From Octopus sinensis (Eukaryota), in the NCBI RefSeq assembly GCF_006345805.1, contig NW_021833850.1, forward strand, positions 1 through 64,000: 64,000 bases of DNA, in the 5' to 3' direction. Numbering within the stretch: the first letter of the stretch is position 1; each line of letters starts with the position of its first letter. The position numbers and the translations under genes are program-made. Below, piece by piece: positions 38,481 through 50,689 of this stretch. Below the pieces are notes generated by a model, which searched no databases, was not told where the DNA came from, and saw only the letters and a program-made list of their open reading frames with translations.

Positions 38481-39222
38481 TTCATTGCCAAATCTCAAGG
38501 CAACCAGGAAATAGCAGTCAAACCTAACTCAAATCAGATTCTACAGTCTTAAAAAGAGAGAAGTTCCATGAGGGGAATCTAATACACGAGACGCTATTTC
38601 CGAATAAAACAGGATGGCCACAACCGAACTGTCCTTGGTATTTGGTCTGTTTTATCGAGTCTACCTTGGCACTGAACCTACACGACTACCGTCACTAACA
38701 TGGCCGCCATTGCTGCCACCGCCGCCGTCCGCCATCGTCGTTGCTGCCATTATTACTACCGCCATCACTGTCACCACCACATACGCCGTCACCGTCGCAG
38801 CCACCTTCACCACTGCCGCTGCCATACCATCCTCCAATGCCCCGCTACCTCGTTACCAACTTCGCCCCTGCTACAGATTTTCATCCCTTTGCTGATCTTT
38901 TTAATCTAAAACACTAAATATAAGATGAAACCTATTCCAACTGAGATTTGAAAACCCGCAATTGTGCTTTCAAGCGAAGAGTCTTCAATTAAGGAGGTAA
39001 ATTAGTGCAGAGCAAGGTAAAAATTAATGCAAAGATAATATAGATTAGTGTTTCTGAAGGTGGAGCCTGCGCTCCATCAGTGGGGGCGTGGCAATATCTT
39101 GGTGGGGCGTGGGTTAATGCAGATTGAGCATAAGTATCGAATGAAACTTGCATTAAAGTTTTAATCAGTCCCCATGGAATGTATGTATGTTTGTATTAGT
39201 GTGAGTGTGTGTATGTGTGTGC

Positions 39223-39261
<39 letters not shown>

Positions 39262-39469
39262 GAGTACGTTCATAGTAGGGCGCAGCGAAAGGTGGGACAA
39301 AGAAGGTTTGGAAACACTGGCTGTAAATAGTAGGGAGGACAGAACACTGTACAACCAAAAAGTGGATCGGCTATTCATATTCTATTTCCGGAAATGTATT
39401 TTGTCCGTATTGAAACCACTGACCACCCAAAAGCTAGAAATGTCTGCCTGATTCCAAGAAAGTTATTGA

Positions 39470-40260
39470 AACTGACCCCAGTTAACATTTAGCTCTGGCC
39501 ATTTCATCTACTATTCAGACATACTGTATCTAGGACTATCTTATTTACTATGTCCTTCTAGAGATTTAGCTGCTATTTATGGGTCAGACTTTAAACTACA
39601 TCTGGTACTGGGTCCTTGGTCAGCGGATTCCAGTGTTTTGAGGAGTGTGGAGCCTCCCCTTAGCCACTATTGTCCCATGGTCTATTCTGACTCGGAATAG
39701 TAGAGCCAGTCTACGTCTGCTCCGATAATCGGCGGTGACTTGGTTAGCGAATCCTCTTCGACAGTCGAGAACCGGCGACGTGATAACCTGGCTACGGATC
39801 ACACTACCTGAAAGTGTGTACGCATGTGACCGGGAAAGGGGACACATATGAACTTTGTATTCCCATTGAAACTCCGAACATGAACTCTACATCTCAACAA
39901 CGAATGATGACCACGGCTGCGGCGTCCGCACTGTCCGACCCGCTTGCTCTCCCAGTGGGGCATTTGTCAAAATTACAAGCTGGATTTTTTGTGCCGCAGA
40001 CAGAAACAGTATTTTGTCTACCGGAACGTTAGGGCCAACCGTCGGATGTGGACAGTATTCATGAAGAACGTGGTGAACTCGCTGGTTGGTGCCGGCTCGA
40101 CACACCCCGGATAGCGAAAAAAAATTTCCCACGAGAGTTCCGGACCCCAGTTATGAACTCATTTGCATACAGCCAATCAGAGCTCAGCTATCAAACTAAT
40201 TCATGAGCGCATAACAAGTGATGGGTGATAAGATAAGGTCACTAGGGTAAGGAATGATCA
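39470..40260 (+). mobile_element. Possible old Gypsy 5' LTR end, PBS and gag N-terminal relic
   Basis: ACTACA-TC-TGGT at ~39595-39606 resembles an LTR end/PBS. PLALPVGHLSKLQAGFFVPQTETVF weakly resembles the KLPPFW...WF.Q.E..F gag motif. Confidence 0.3.
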
Positions 40261-40779
40261 TGCTTCTTTTCTCTTTTAAGAATGCTTCTTGATCATATTC
40301 TCGTTTCAACCATGGCTGCCTCAGCGTAGTTATTTGTGTTGTTGTTTACTTTCTAAAACAGTAAGGGGAGTGGGTTGCTAGCACATCATTCTCTACCCAT
40401 ATTTTTCCCATCCACATCTTTACCATATGGGGGCCCCTAACAAAACCCGATAATAGGTATAGATGCAAATCTCTCTAATTACTTGTCTCCTACAATCATG
40501 CATAACTCGTCTTAAGTTTATTTGGTAGAGTGTGTTTGTTAACTTGACAACAAGTTCAATGTGAACTCTGATTGGTTACTGGGGTCTAGAATTCTCGTGG
40601 GAAAAATGTTTGCCCCCCCTCCATGGGTAAATGCCTCCACAAGTAGAAGTCAGTATCTATAACAAATCAAGCGATCACGTTGAGCTCTTCCATTGTTTTG
40701 AGAAGCTCGTTTATACTACAGGGTGCTACATATATAGGTGCTATAGTTTGGCATAGTTTATCTAACTTCAAGCGTTAAC

Positions 40780-41610
40780 CACAGCAAAATATAGATCACC
40801 CAGGTGTAATTAGGAACTACACTGAGATCGACCCCCACCACCACGTAGCTGTTTAGTTGTTTATAAGTACTGCACAGACGTAAATGACACCTACGTCCAA
40901 GTAGGTACCACAGTCACCTTCGGTCTACCTAGCTGTACGTAGATATCACAGTGAGGTACGTTTACCTAGCTATAGATAGGTAATTTAATGAAGTATTAGT
41001 CACCCAGCTGTAAATAGTACCACTGTGGGATACAGTATATCTTTCAAGTACCATAATGTGATATAGTTCAACTAGCTGTAAGTACGTATCACAGTGAGGT
41101 ACCATGTACCTAGTTGTAATTCACGCAAAGCAATGCAGTTAACTGACGTGAGCTGAAGCCACAGTGAGATGCAATTGACCTTAGCTGTTTGTAGGTACCA
41201 CAGGGAAGTGTAATCCATCTAGATGCAAGTAAACACTATAACGCGGTACGGTCCACCTAGCTGAAAGTAGGTACTGAAGAGTATAATATACATCACTGAT
41301 ATAGGCAGATACTATAATGATTTCAAAATTTGACACAAGGCCAGCAATTTCAGGAAGGGAGTAAGTCGGTTACATCGACCTCAGTGTTTCACTGGTACTT
41401 AATTTATCGACCCTGAAAAGGTGAAAGGCAAAGTCAACCTCGGTGGAATTTGAACTCAGAACGTTAAGGTAGATGAAATGCCGCTAAACATTTTGCCCGA
41501 CCTGTTAACGATTCGACCAGCTCGCCACCCTGCAGGCAGATACTACTATGAGATGCATTCTATCTAGCTGTACGTAAGCACCATGGTGAAGTACAATCCA
41601 TCTAAAACCT
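40780..41610. repeat. Degenerate ~37-38-bp minisatellite, interrupted by a SINE
   Basis: Recurring GTAGGTACCACAGTGAGGTAC.GT..ACCTAGCTGTAA-like units, with CTAGCTG-type anchors spaced 37-38 nt apart. Confidence 0.75.
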
Positions 41611-42090
41611 ATATTGGTTCGATACTAATAACAGTTCACTTTAAAGTCAGTTGTTATTCTTTTTACTCTAGGTGCAAGGCCTGAAATTTCTGGGGAGGGA
41701 GCCAGTCGATTAGATCGCCCCTAGTACGCAACTGGTACTTAATTTATCGACCCCGAATGGATGAAAGGCAAAGTCGATCTCGGCGGAATTTGAACTCAGA
41801 ACGTAAAGAGACGAAATACTGCTAAGCTTTTCTCCCAGCGTGCTAACGTTTCTTATTTCTTAATTGCCCACAAGGGGCTAAACATAGAGGGGACAAACAA
41901 GGACAGACAAAGGGATTAAGTCGATTACATCGACCCCAGTGCGTAACTGGTACTTAATTTATCGACCCCGAAAGGATGAAAGGCAAAGTCGACCTCGGCG
42001 GAATTTGAACTAAGAACGTGATAAGTCGGGAGAAATATTGCTAAGTATTTTGTCCTGCGTACCAATGATTCTTCCAGCCCGCCACCATCA
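41330..42090 (-). mobile_element. Cluster of SINE family A copies (41330-41530, ~41670-41855, ~41845-42090)
   Basis: Repeated reverse-complement motifs GGAATTTGAACTCAGAACG and TTTATCGACCCCGAAAGGATGAAAGGC. Confidence 0.85.
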
Positions 42091-42372
42091 CCGCTTTAAA
42101 TAATGAAAGAGCGAAAGAACACATTAAAATAAGTAGTCCTAAAAAAGACAGTTATCATTGATGGCCTTTGAGGACTGTTCAATGTTGAATGACCTAGGGT
42201 TAAACAGCAGCTACGAAAAGTAATGTTGATGCTAACAATATTGGGAGAAGTATTATTGATTGTGATGTTATTACTAACAGTTACTGTTGCTATTCTTTAC
42301 AGCAGTAATCATGCAGGTCTATGACCTAAGTCATTCAATTTGCAACCAACCCGTCTTACTCCCGAACTATAA

Positions 42373-43420
42373 CAGGGGTTCTCAACCATTTTATTATTAT
42401 TTTTTTTATCTCTGGACCCCTTTGACTACTATTTTATTCTAGTGGGCCCCATAGTCATTCGATATTCAAAAACTAGTTTTCATAGAAACTTCTTTCAATA
42501 TTCCTGTTTTATTTTTCACACATTAACTTGTGTACGTTGAACTATTTAAAACGTTAGGGAAACAAACCTAGCTGTTTCTTGCATACATCGAAACTAAAAT
42601 TTTTTCAGGGGCACTTAGAATAGTATTGTGTATCCCCAATTTACTATTTTGCTGCGATTCCACCGAACCCAGTATTTGAATGGTACTTTATTTTATCGAT
42701 CCTGAAAGGATAAAAGACAAGGTCGCCCTTGGTGAGATTTGAACTCAGAACGTAATAAATCAGAAGAAATACTGGAAAGTATTTTTTTACGACACTAACA
42801 AGTTTTTCTTTTGTTGCTTTAATTAATTCTTTCTAGGCTTGAAATCTGAGGGTGGGGAATTAGCCTATTATATCCGTTTCAACTCTAGGCACAAGGCTCG
42901 AAATTTGGGGAGGAGCGATTAGATCGCCCCCAGTACGCAACCGGTACTTAATTTATCGACCCCAAAAGGATGAAAGGCAAAATCGACCTCGGCGGAATTT
43001 GAACTCAGAACGTAAAGACAAACGAAATACCTATTTCTTTATTGCCCACAAGGGGCTAAACATAGAGGGGACAAACAAGGACTGACAAAGGGGTTACGTC
43101 GATTACATCGACCCCAGTGCGTAACTGGTACTTAATTTATCGACCCCAAAAGGATGAAAGGCAAAGTCGACCACGGTGGAATTTGAACTCAGAACGTAGC
43201 GGCAGTCGCAAAACCTGTTTTATTTTCCACACATTAATTTGTGTAGGTTGGACTATGTAAAACGTTAGAGAAAGAAACCTAGCTGTTTCTTGCATAGATC
43301 GAAAGTAACAATTTTTTCAGGGGCACTTAAAGTAGTATTGCGGATCCCCAATTTATTATTTTGTTGCGTGGACTTATATGGACTCTCAGTGGTCATATGT
43401 ACACCGGTTGAAAACCACTG
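42373..43420. mobile_element. hAT-type MITE (CAGGGGTTCTCAACC / GGTTGAAAACCACTG) split by SINEs and an internal duplication
   Basis: Matching TIRs at 42373 and 43406-43420. No matching 8-bp TSD is seen. Confidence 0.65.
42660..43205 (-). mobile_element. Cluster of three SINE family A copies, including a tandem pair
   Basis: The same reverse-complement motifs, with a tandem junction at 43030/43031. Confidence 0.85.
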
Positions 43421-44393
43421 ATATATAGGATGTAAAAATATTCGATGTGTCATTCTTCCTTTAAGCAGTAGGGTGTGAATTGTGAGGTATTTGGATGCTA
43501 ATTCTCGTAGATCGAGCGATAATGTAACGGTTTCCTCGTTGGCTCGGTGTTAGCAATAATAATAGTGTTGTTAAACTACTGTAGGTGGTAATGGAGTGAG
43601 TGGATAGAGGAGAGGTTTTCATGGTCGACAGCTGCCGTGATAGAGGAGATGCAGCAGCAGCAATCGCAACAGTAACAGCGGAAGTAGTAACAACAGCAGC
43701 AGCAGCAGCAATGATAGCATCAGCGGAAAAAGTGGTATTCTACAGCGGTGGTAATATTAGATGTTTGAAAAGTTGAAAGGTCTCTAGGGGAAAAAAATAG
43801 AGCGAAAGGGTCTTTTTATTCCCCATTCTTCTTCGCTCTCACCCTTTCTCTTTCTCCTTTTCTCTCTTCTCTACGAGACGTGTGAAGAACTTGTAAATAA
43901 CATCTAATGGTTTAATGATGCTATCATCTTTTGATAGTGACTGCTTTTATGTCTAAACAGTGATATCATCTCGTCTTGTAAATACATACGGGGATACATA
44001 CAGATACATGCGTAGATAAATTGATACAAGCATGCGTACGGTCATGCATACAAACATACGTTCATACATATATACATGCATAAACACGTGTAAGTGTATG
44101 TGAGTCTGTGTTTGTGCGTGCGTGTGCGCGCGCGCGTGTGTGTGTGTGTGTGTATTTCCGTCGGTTTTGACGATGAGGACAAGCAAAATCAGTGTGATAT
44201 AATGTGAACAATATGGCAAGATGGTATTTTTTTGAATTACGGTTACAAACCATTCCAGCGACCGGTGAGAGTTGATTTTGAGGCTGTAGAAAATGACATT
44301 CTCCCAAAAAGTTGCATAGTAGAATCGAACTCTGTACCTCATGGTTGCGAAGCGAACTTCATAACCATTCAAGCATACTGCACACACACACAC

Positions 44394-44479
<86 letters not shown>

Positions 44480-44489
44480 TGATTGATTG

Positions 44490-44875
44490 ATAGGTAACTA
44501 GCACTCCGTCACTTATGATGACGTGGGTTCCAGTTCATTACATCAACGGAAAAGACTGCTCGTGAAGTTAACGTGCATGTGGCTGAGCACTCCACAGACA
44601 TGCGTACCCTTAACGTAGTTCTCAAGGAGATTCAGCGTGACACAGAGTGTGACAAGGCTGGCTCTTTGAAATACAGGTACAATAGAAGTAGGAAGAAAGA
44701 GTGAGAGAAAGTTGTGGTGAAAGAGTACAGTAGGGTTTGCTATCACCCCTTGCCAGAGCCTCGTGGAGTTTTAAGGGTTTTCACTCGATAAACACTTACA
44801 ACGCCCGGTCTGGGAATCGAAACCGCGATCCTATGACCGCGAGTCTGCTGCCCTAACCACTAGGCCATTTCGCCT
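44490..44875 (-). mobile_element. SINE family C, near full length, with (GATA)n tail
   Basis: Reverse-complement tRNA-like head at 44790-44875. The 3' end runs into (TATC)n. Confidence 0.85.
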
Positions 44876-44878
44876 CCA

Positions 44879-44911
<33 letters not shown>

Positions 44912-45787
44912 GAGAGTTTGTATTGTGTGTGCTTGCGTATGTTCCTTATGCATTCCAAAACCGAGGTGCCGACTTTGACGTATGGGGTATCAAAGGATTC
45001 AGTACTATTTCGGCTACCAATTAAACTTTATTTTCATCGACATATTTGCATTACAAAAATTTTAAATTATAATCTTTTCCATAACTCAAATATCGTAAAC
45101 ATTATATACGACGACAACGACACATTTTCTATATGAGTGTGTACTTTAAAAGACATCCATCGTTACGACACACACCTTCACTCACTCACTCTATCTCTCT
45201 GTCTCTTTCTCCCTGTCTTTGTTTCTCTCTCTCGTACACATGCATACACACACACACACGTCGATTTCTTATACACGTACATACATCTTTCACTTTCTGC
45301 TCTCTCTCCCTTTTTCTCTTTCCTTTCAATTTCTGCTCTCTTCAAAGCATAAAGAAATAAATTTTTACGGAATGACCGAGAGAAACGTAGAATAAGAAAA
45401 AGAGAGAGAGAGACAAGAGAAAGAAACAGAGACAGAAAGCAAATTTCTATAGGAGAAGTTGAAAGACGGATAGCGGCTGAGAGACAGACGCTGATATTTC
45501 ATACTCTATGCATGTTCCATAATTGAAAGTGAAAAAAAGCCGGCACAAAGAGAGGGGGAAAGCGGGAGAGAAGGGGGACGCTGACAAACACAGAACCGAG
45601 GTTGTGTCGTACAAATTTTCAGGTCATTTTCACTTTCGTCCCATGTTTCACGCATGCGTAGAATTAGGCGTTATCTCTCTCTTTTAATTTCCGATTATAA
45701 TGTACGGAGACCTCTTGCTGTCAACAAGTCACAGCTTCCACTAATTAATTGGAATGAAGAAAGGTATGCAAAAATATCTTCCTTTGG

Positions 45788-45835
<48 letters not shown>

Positions 45836-45904
45836 TACAGCCCCCACCCCACCCCACCTTATTTCCTCAATTTACTCATATTCCTATGTTTTCCATGCAG
45901 GACA

Positions 45905-46320
45905 TTTGCATTTCGCCCCAAAGTATTTTTCCCACATTCGTAATCTCTATTTTTCCACATAGACAACCAACAAAATTCGAAAAACAGTTAAAAATTTGGA
46001 AACTTCGGTGGGGAGAGGGAAATTATAATTTTGAAAACGTGATTTCTGAGCAAAATCATATTAACCCCTTTGGTGGAACTGGAGAACACTGCCCCCACCC
46101 CAAACTGACCTTCCCGATTTTTTTCCTTTTTTTTAACCGGATTCCTATGCTTTGATGACGTAGATTCCGAATATGCAAAATACCACGTTTTCAAATTTCT
46201 TAATTCCTCCCCTCACCTAAATTTTTTATTTTAACCTTTTTTTCGAATTTTTTTTTTTCAATCTACGTGGGAAAATACTGAGATTAAGAATATAAGGGAA
46301 TAAAAAAGCAAATTCTAATT
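45905..46320. mobile_element. MITE with long (~130-bp) diverged TIRs
   Basis: AAAATTCGAAAAA..GTTAAAA..GGGGAG.GG.AATT...TTTGAAAACGTG at the left and its inverse at the right. A related terminus lies at ~46910-47010. Confidence 0.6.
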
Positions 46321-47865
46321 TCAAATTTTTTGTGAATAATTCCAAAATTGATTCACACCACCATCCCGCTGTCTAAAAGTGAAAACGAACGGCTGTTTTG
46401 TCCGTTTCCGTATGCGTAGATTTATAGTGAAAGAGCAAAAGGACTACGGCATGTGAAGGCCTCACCACGAAACTCAATATGCTAAAAATAACAGCTAAAA
46501 GTCCGGAGAATTTTTGTGGTTGTGGGTACATTTACGGAAATGAACTTGCGCAATGTTACACCTCTGAATTTTTTTTTTAATTGTGATAAAGAATCAAAGG
46601 GTTTAGTCGTTACCGCCAAAATTAATTTCCCTTGCATTTTCTCTCTTTTTCAATATTCAATTAAAAGAGAGAATATGTTGTTACCAACAATAATAAACTT
46701 TAGTAACTTGATCGATCTGTCATTGAACCAGGATTTAAATTTCATTTGATACACACTTTGCCATAATTTATATGGAGAATTGCAAACGTGGCATATAAAG
46801 ACAACTTCTTTTAGAAATTTTGTGAGTACATTTCCGTAAATATTTTGCTTGCGCACCCCCAACCCTGCACACATGCACATAAACGCATGCAGATACACAT
46901 GGATTAAGTCCCATTTTGGATTACCTAAAAATATATTTGAAAAAAGTAAAACATGAACTTCGTGTGGAGAGGGAGAAAATTAAAATATTGAGAACGTGTT
47001 TTGTGAGTGAAATCCTAATGTCCTGTATCGCAAACATAGGAATTGGAAGAAGTTTAGGGGAAAATAAGGCGAGGGAGCGGAAATGTCACCTCGGACATGC
47101 TAGAAAGAAAAGGTAAAGGACGGGATTTCTGGGATATCTGTCCCTGTATGTGTGTCTGTGTCTTTAGATGTGTGTCTGTGTGTAAGTCAGTCGTCACAAA
47201 AATGAATGTCTACTGACAGATACAAAGACCGTCACACACATAATTGTCACTCATCGGCCTGACGTACATAACGAACGCGCAAACATATATAGAAAATGTA
47301 ACGTCTTCGTCGTTGTGGTGGTGATGGTAAAAGATGTGGTTTACGATAGGTGACTAAAATAAAAATTATAATCTTAAATTTTTGTAATGCAAATAGTTGA
47401 ATGAAAATATAGTTTAGTTGGTAGCCAAAAGTTTACTGAATTTTCTAATAGTCCATACGTCAAAAACGGCAACTCGGTATTGGAATACATAAGGAACACA
47501 CACACACACATACACACACACAAACTCTCTTATATATATATATAGTACTAGCAATGCATGCCGGCGTTGCCCGGGTATTATAACCTACAGCCTCATTGTA
47601 TTATTTGTTTCTTTCTTATGGGTAGAATCAGCATTCGGGGAGCGTGAAGCAAACAACTCTTTTTCATAAACATGTTTTTCGGTAATTTTGTGATGAACAA
47701 TGCTGAAATTGTTGAACCAAAAACATGTTGAATAGTAGCTTAGATTAGAATGAAATCTTAAAAATGCCTCCAAAATGACCTAGACTTATGGATGTAAAGA
47801 AATGGCTGACGAACGAGAACGTAGAGGTATCCGTATTGCAGAAGTAAGGTACATTGCAGAAGGTA

Positions 47866-48100
47866 AGGCGGCAAGCTGGCAGAAATGTTAGCAGGCCGGG
47901 CGAAATGCTTAGCGGTATTTCGTCTGCCGTTACGTTCTGAGTTCAAATTCCGCCGAGGTCGACTTTACCTTTCATCCTTTCGAGGTCGATAAATTAAGTA
48001 CGAGTTACGCACTGGGGTCGAAATAATCGACTTAATCCGTTTGTCTGTCATTGTTTGTCTCCTCTATGTTTAGCCCCTTGTAGGCAATAAAGAAATAAGA
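47866..48100 (+). mobile_element. SINE family A inserted in the Helitron 3' region
   Basis: Full head to the GGCAATAAAGAAATAAG tail, flanked by duplicated AAGTAAGGTACAT/AAGGTAAGG-like sequence. Confidence 0.88.
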
Positions 48101-48177
48101 AAGTAAGGTACATGGAAAGAAAGCTGCTTCATTGTGATAAGCACTAATCTCTGTAATGTTTGGGTAGACTGCACACT

Positions 48178-48985
48178 TCAACATATGTCAAGCGAAGCCG
48201 ACAATGCTTCTGGGTAAACTATGTTGTGCGTAAGTCCAGTTTTGGTAGAATAAATATACAAGTTATCTGCACTGTTAACTCGAGAGCATGCAACATATAA
48301 TTGTCCATGAGAAACGCAGGGTAGTTGTAAATTGAGACCCATAATTTTTAAAGTTTGACCCTGGGATTTGTTGATTGCCATAGGGAAACACAATCGCACC
48401 GGGAACTGGAGGCGCTTGAATTGAAATGACACATTTGAGGGAATAAGGGGCATACATGGAATGTATGCAATCTCTCCTCGATGGCAGCCGGCAATAATGG
48501 TTGCTTGTAGGACATGACTTATCATTGTAGTTATAATCAATCTTGTACCATCGCATCGTTGTGGTGGGTCCAAATTCCTCAAGAGCATGATAGGTACATC
48601 TTTCTTTAGGAACAACTTATGCGGTGGCTGTCCTGTGGGTTGTAGAGAGTTGGGAAATTCAACTGAATACTCAACAGCGGCATGTTCGTCGATGGTAGTA
48701 TCAATGGAAACAAACGTTGAAGCATCTCCAGGTAGAACGTGGAGGAGTTCATGGTTTACTTTATTAACACTTTCATTCCGATGTGCTAAAACTGTTCTCT
48801 CTGCGAACCATGCTATGTTTTTGAAGTTGTCTTGCAATGTGGGAAATACCTTTTCTTTAAGCTCGGCCAATGTAGACACTATGTGCCCACATTGCAGTAC
48901 ATGCTGCAGCAGGGTGTTATTCAACGGTAAGGCGCCACTTCCTATTTGTAGAAGTTGATGAGAGAATTCCTCAGCTAAGGGGTCG
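48178..48985 (-). pseudogene. Helitron RepHel PIF1-family helicase, C-terminal fragment (5' truncated)
   Basis: Stop-free frame with PPHKLFLKKDVPIMLLRNLDPP..CDGTRL, FKRLQFPVRLCF, INKSQGQTL and SHGQLYVACSRV (PIF1/SF1B motifs IV-VI). There is no Rep domain and no motif I-III, and the track's start codon is TTG. Confidence 0.93.
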
Positions 48986-48989
48986 ATCT

Positions 48990-49260
48990 TATCAAGTTGT
49001 CAGCATGGAAAAAATAACCTTCAATGGTAGTAATTATTAAAATTATAAATTAGGGTATCTACGAGATACTAGCAGCCACGATCTGACTCTAAAACCGCCT
49101 TAATTGTCCATATCGACACGGAGAGAAAACAAAGAGACAAGATGAAACTAGTAAAAAATTACTGGATAATTCTAGATCCCGGATTTCTGGCTATGCATTT
49201 GGGAATGATTTGCCTCGTCAGTAGAATACACATAGAAGAGAAACATAAATACATATATAA
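48990..49260 (-). mobile_element. Second copy of the HHR-B repeat family
   Basis: Shares AGGGTATCTA..AGATAC, GACTCTAAAACC and GGATAATTC.AGATCCCGGATTTCTG blocks with 5700-5940, and abuts (TA)n. Confidence 0.6.
49169..49227 (-). ncRNA. Type I hammerhead-like ribozyme motif (HHR-B2)
   Basis: The minus strand reads AUUCUA-CUGACGA-GGC...GCC-A-GAAA-UCCGGGA-UC^UAGAAU. Same family as 5842-5899, with compensatory changes in stems I and II. Confidence 0.68.
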
Positions 49261-49268
49261 TTTTATAT

Positions 49269-49345
<77 letters not shown>

Positions 49346-50689
49346 GCCAGCTTGCCGCCTTACAGTAATAATAATAATAACACATATTCATATATTTGTA
49401 AAAGATCAATTTGAAATAGAACAAATGAACAACCGATCTATTGGCGTGATCGAACAAACAATCATCTTGTATCTAAATGGCAGCAAATTTGCAATGAGAG
49501 ATACAACGCAATAATGATAAAATGTATTGTGGATTACGGCAAAAGCAAGACTTGAACTCAGAACTTGAAGGTAAGAGACTAAGTCTTCTTAGCTACTAAA
49601 TCCTGTGAACTAATGTTTTTCTTTTTCTTATTTAGCTTTTCTTTTTTTCTGTGTGTGTTATGGTTTTACCATTCCTAAACGTCTAAAAGAAAATTTATGT
49701 CTTAAATAATAATTTATTTCTTTGAACTAGGCTATCACAAGATCAATTCCCATAGCGGAGGGATATAGGCGATAGAAGTTAATGGAATGAAGGTTTTTTT
49801 AATAGCGTTGAACTCATCACATATTTTCCCACCGGTCCCTTAAAATAGATGTTAGGGACGAAATTTGAAGGATTTCATAATCCATTAGCTGCTCCTTGGG
49901 GTTTGATGTTACTAACACATTTCTTAAACATTAACAGTTTCCACTTGCTAAAGTTATTTCATTAAAAGTATTTTGTGATTATATTATATAAAACGATCCA
50001 AATGACTAGTTATTCGGTAGTATTAAGTAATATTTTTAACACACAACTATTAACTTGCGAAAAGCTTAACACTTTCATACACATACAAACGAAAAAAATA
50101 AATAAAAGAAACACACAAAATATATCTGGTAATTATTTTCTCGACCCATGAGGGATGAAAAAAAGAGTTAATCCCACCGAATTTTAACCCAGAATATACA
50201 AATACGAAAATAAACATCTCATTTTGTTTTGACTGCACGCAACATTTTCAGTCATATTTCCATCATTGTACACAACACAGAGAAACCACAGAAACCACAG
50301 CATAAATCACAAAGTACATAAAATAGCGCACTTCACATAGTCACAGGTTGCATCTAAACCACATACAGACCCCTTACAGAATGAAATAAAAATGCAAATT
50401 AAATAAAATGTTGTGTGGTCACGCTAAGAGTTTAGTTTCTTCCTGTTGAGAAATCCATCCCTCACGGTTTCTGTCAGTGCATGCGCAATCACCTAAAAAC
50501 AAACATCACTCAAGAAGACTATGAATCAAGAAAGGAAACTCCTTGCCAGTGGTCCTCGGTACGTCACATATTTTAAAGATATAATTTAAGGCTTTAGAAA
50601 TAGCAGTACCCTTTCAGCCTTTCAACAAATTTACAGATGTAAATTTCTATCGTCAGCTTCTCCTCTCAGTAGAAGTTGTAAAAGTCAAT

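Larger units (their letters stand above)
47548..48985 (-). mobile_element. 3' portion of an autonomous Helitron
   Basis: Helicase frame, 3' UTR (interrupted by a SINE), hairpin CCCGGGCAACGCCGG (47561-47575) and terminal CTAG^T at 47548-47551. Confidence 0.92.

Noticed and set aside
48178-48924. Host PIF1 gene
   Set aside because: It is intronless, 5'-truncated and followed by a Helitron hairpin-CTAG end, so it is transposon-derived.
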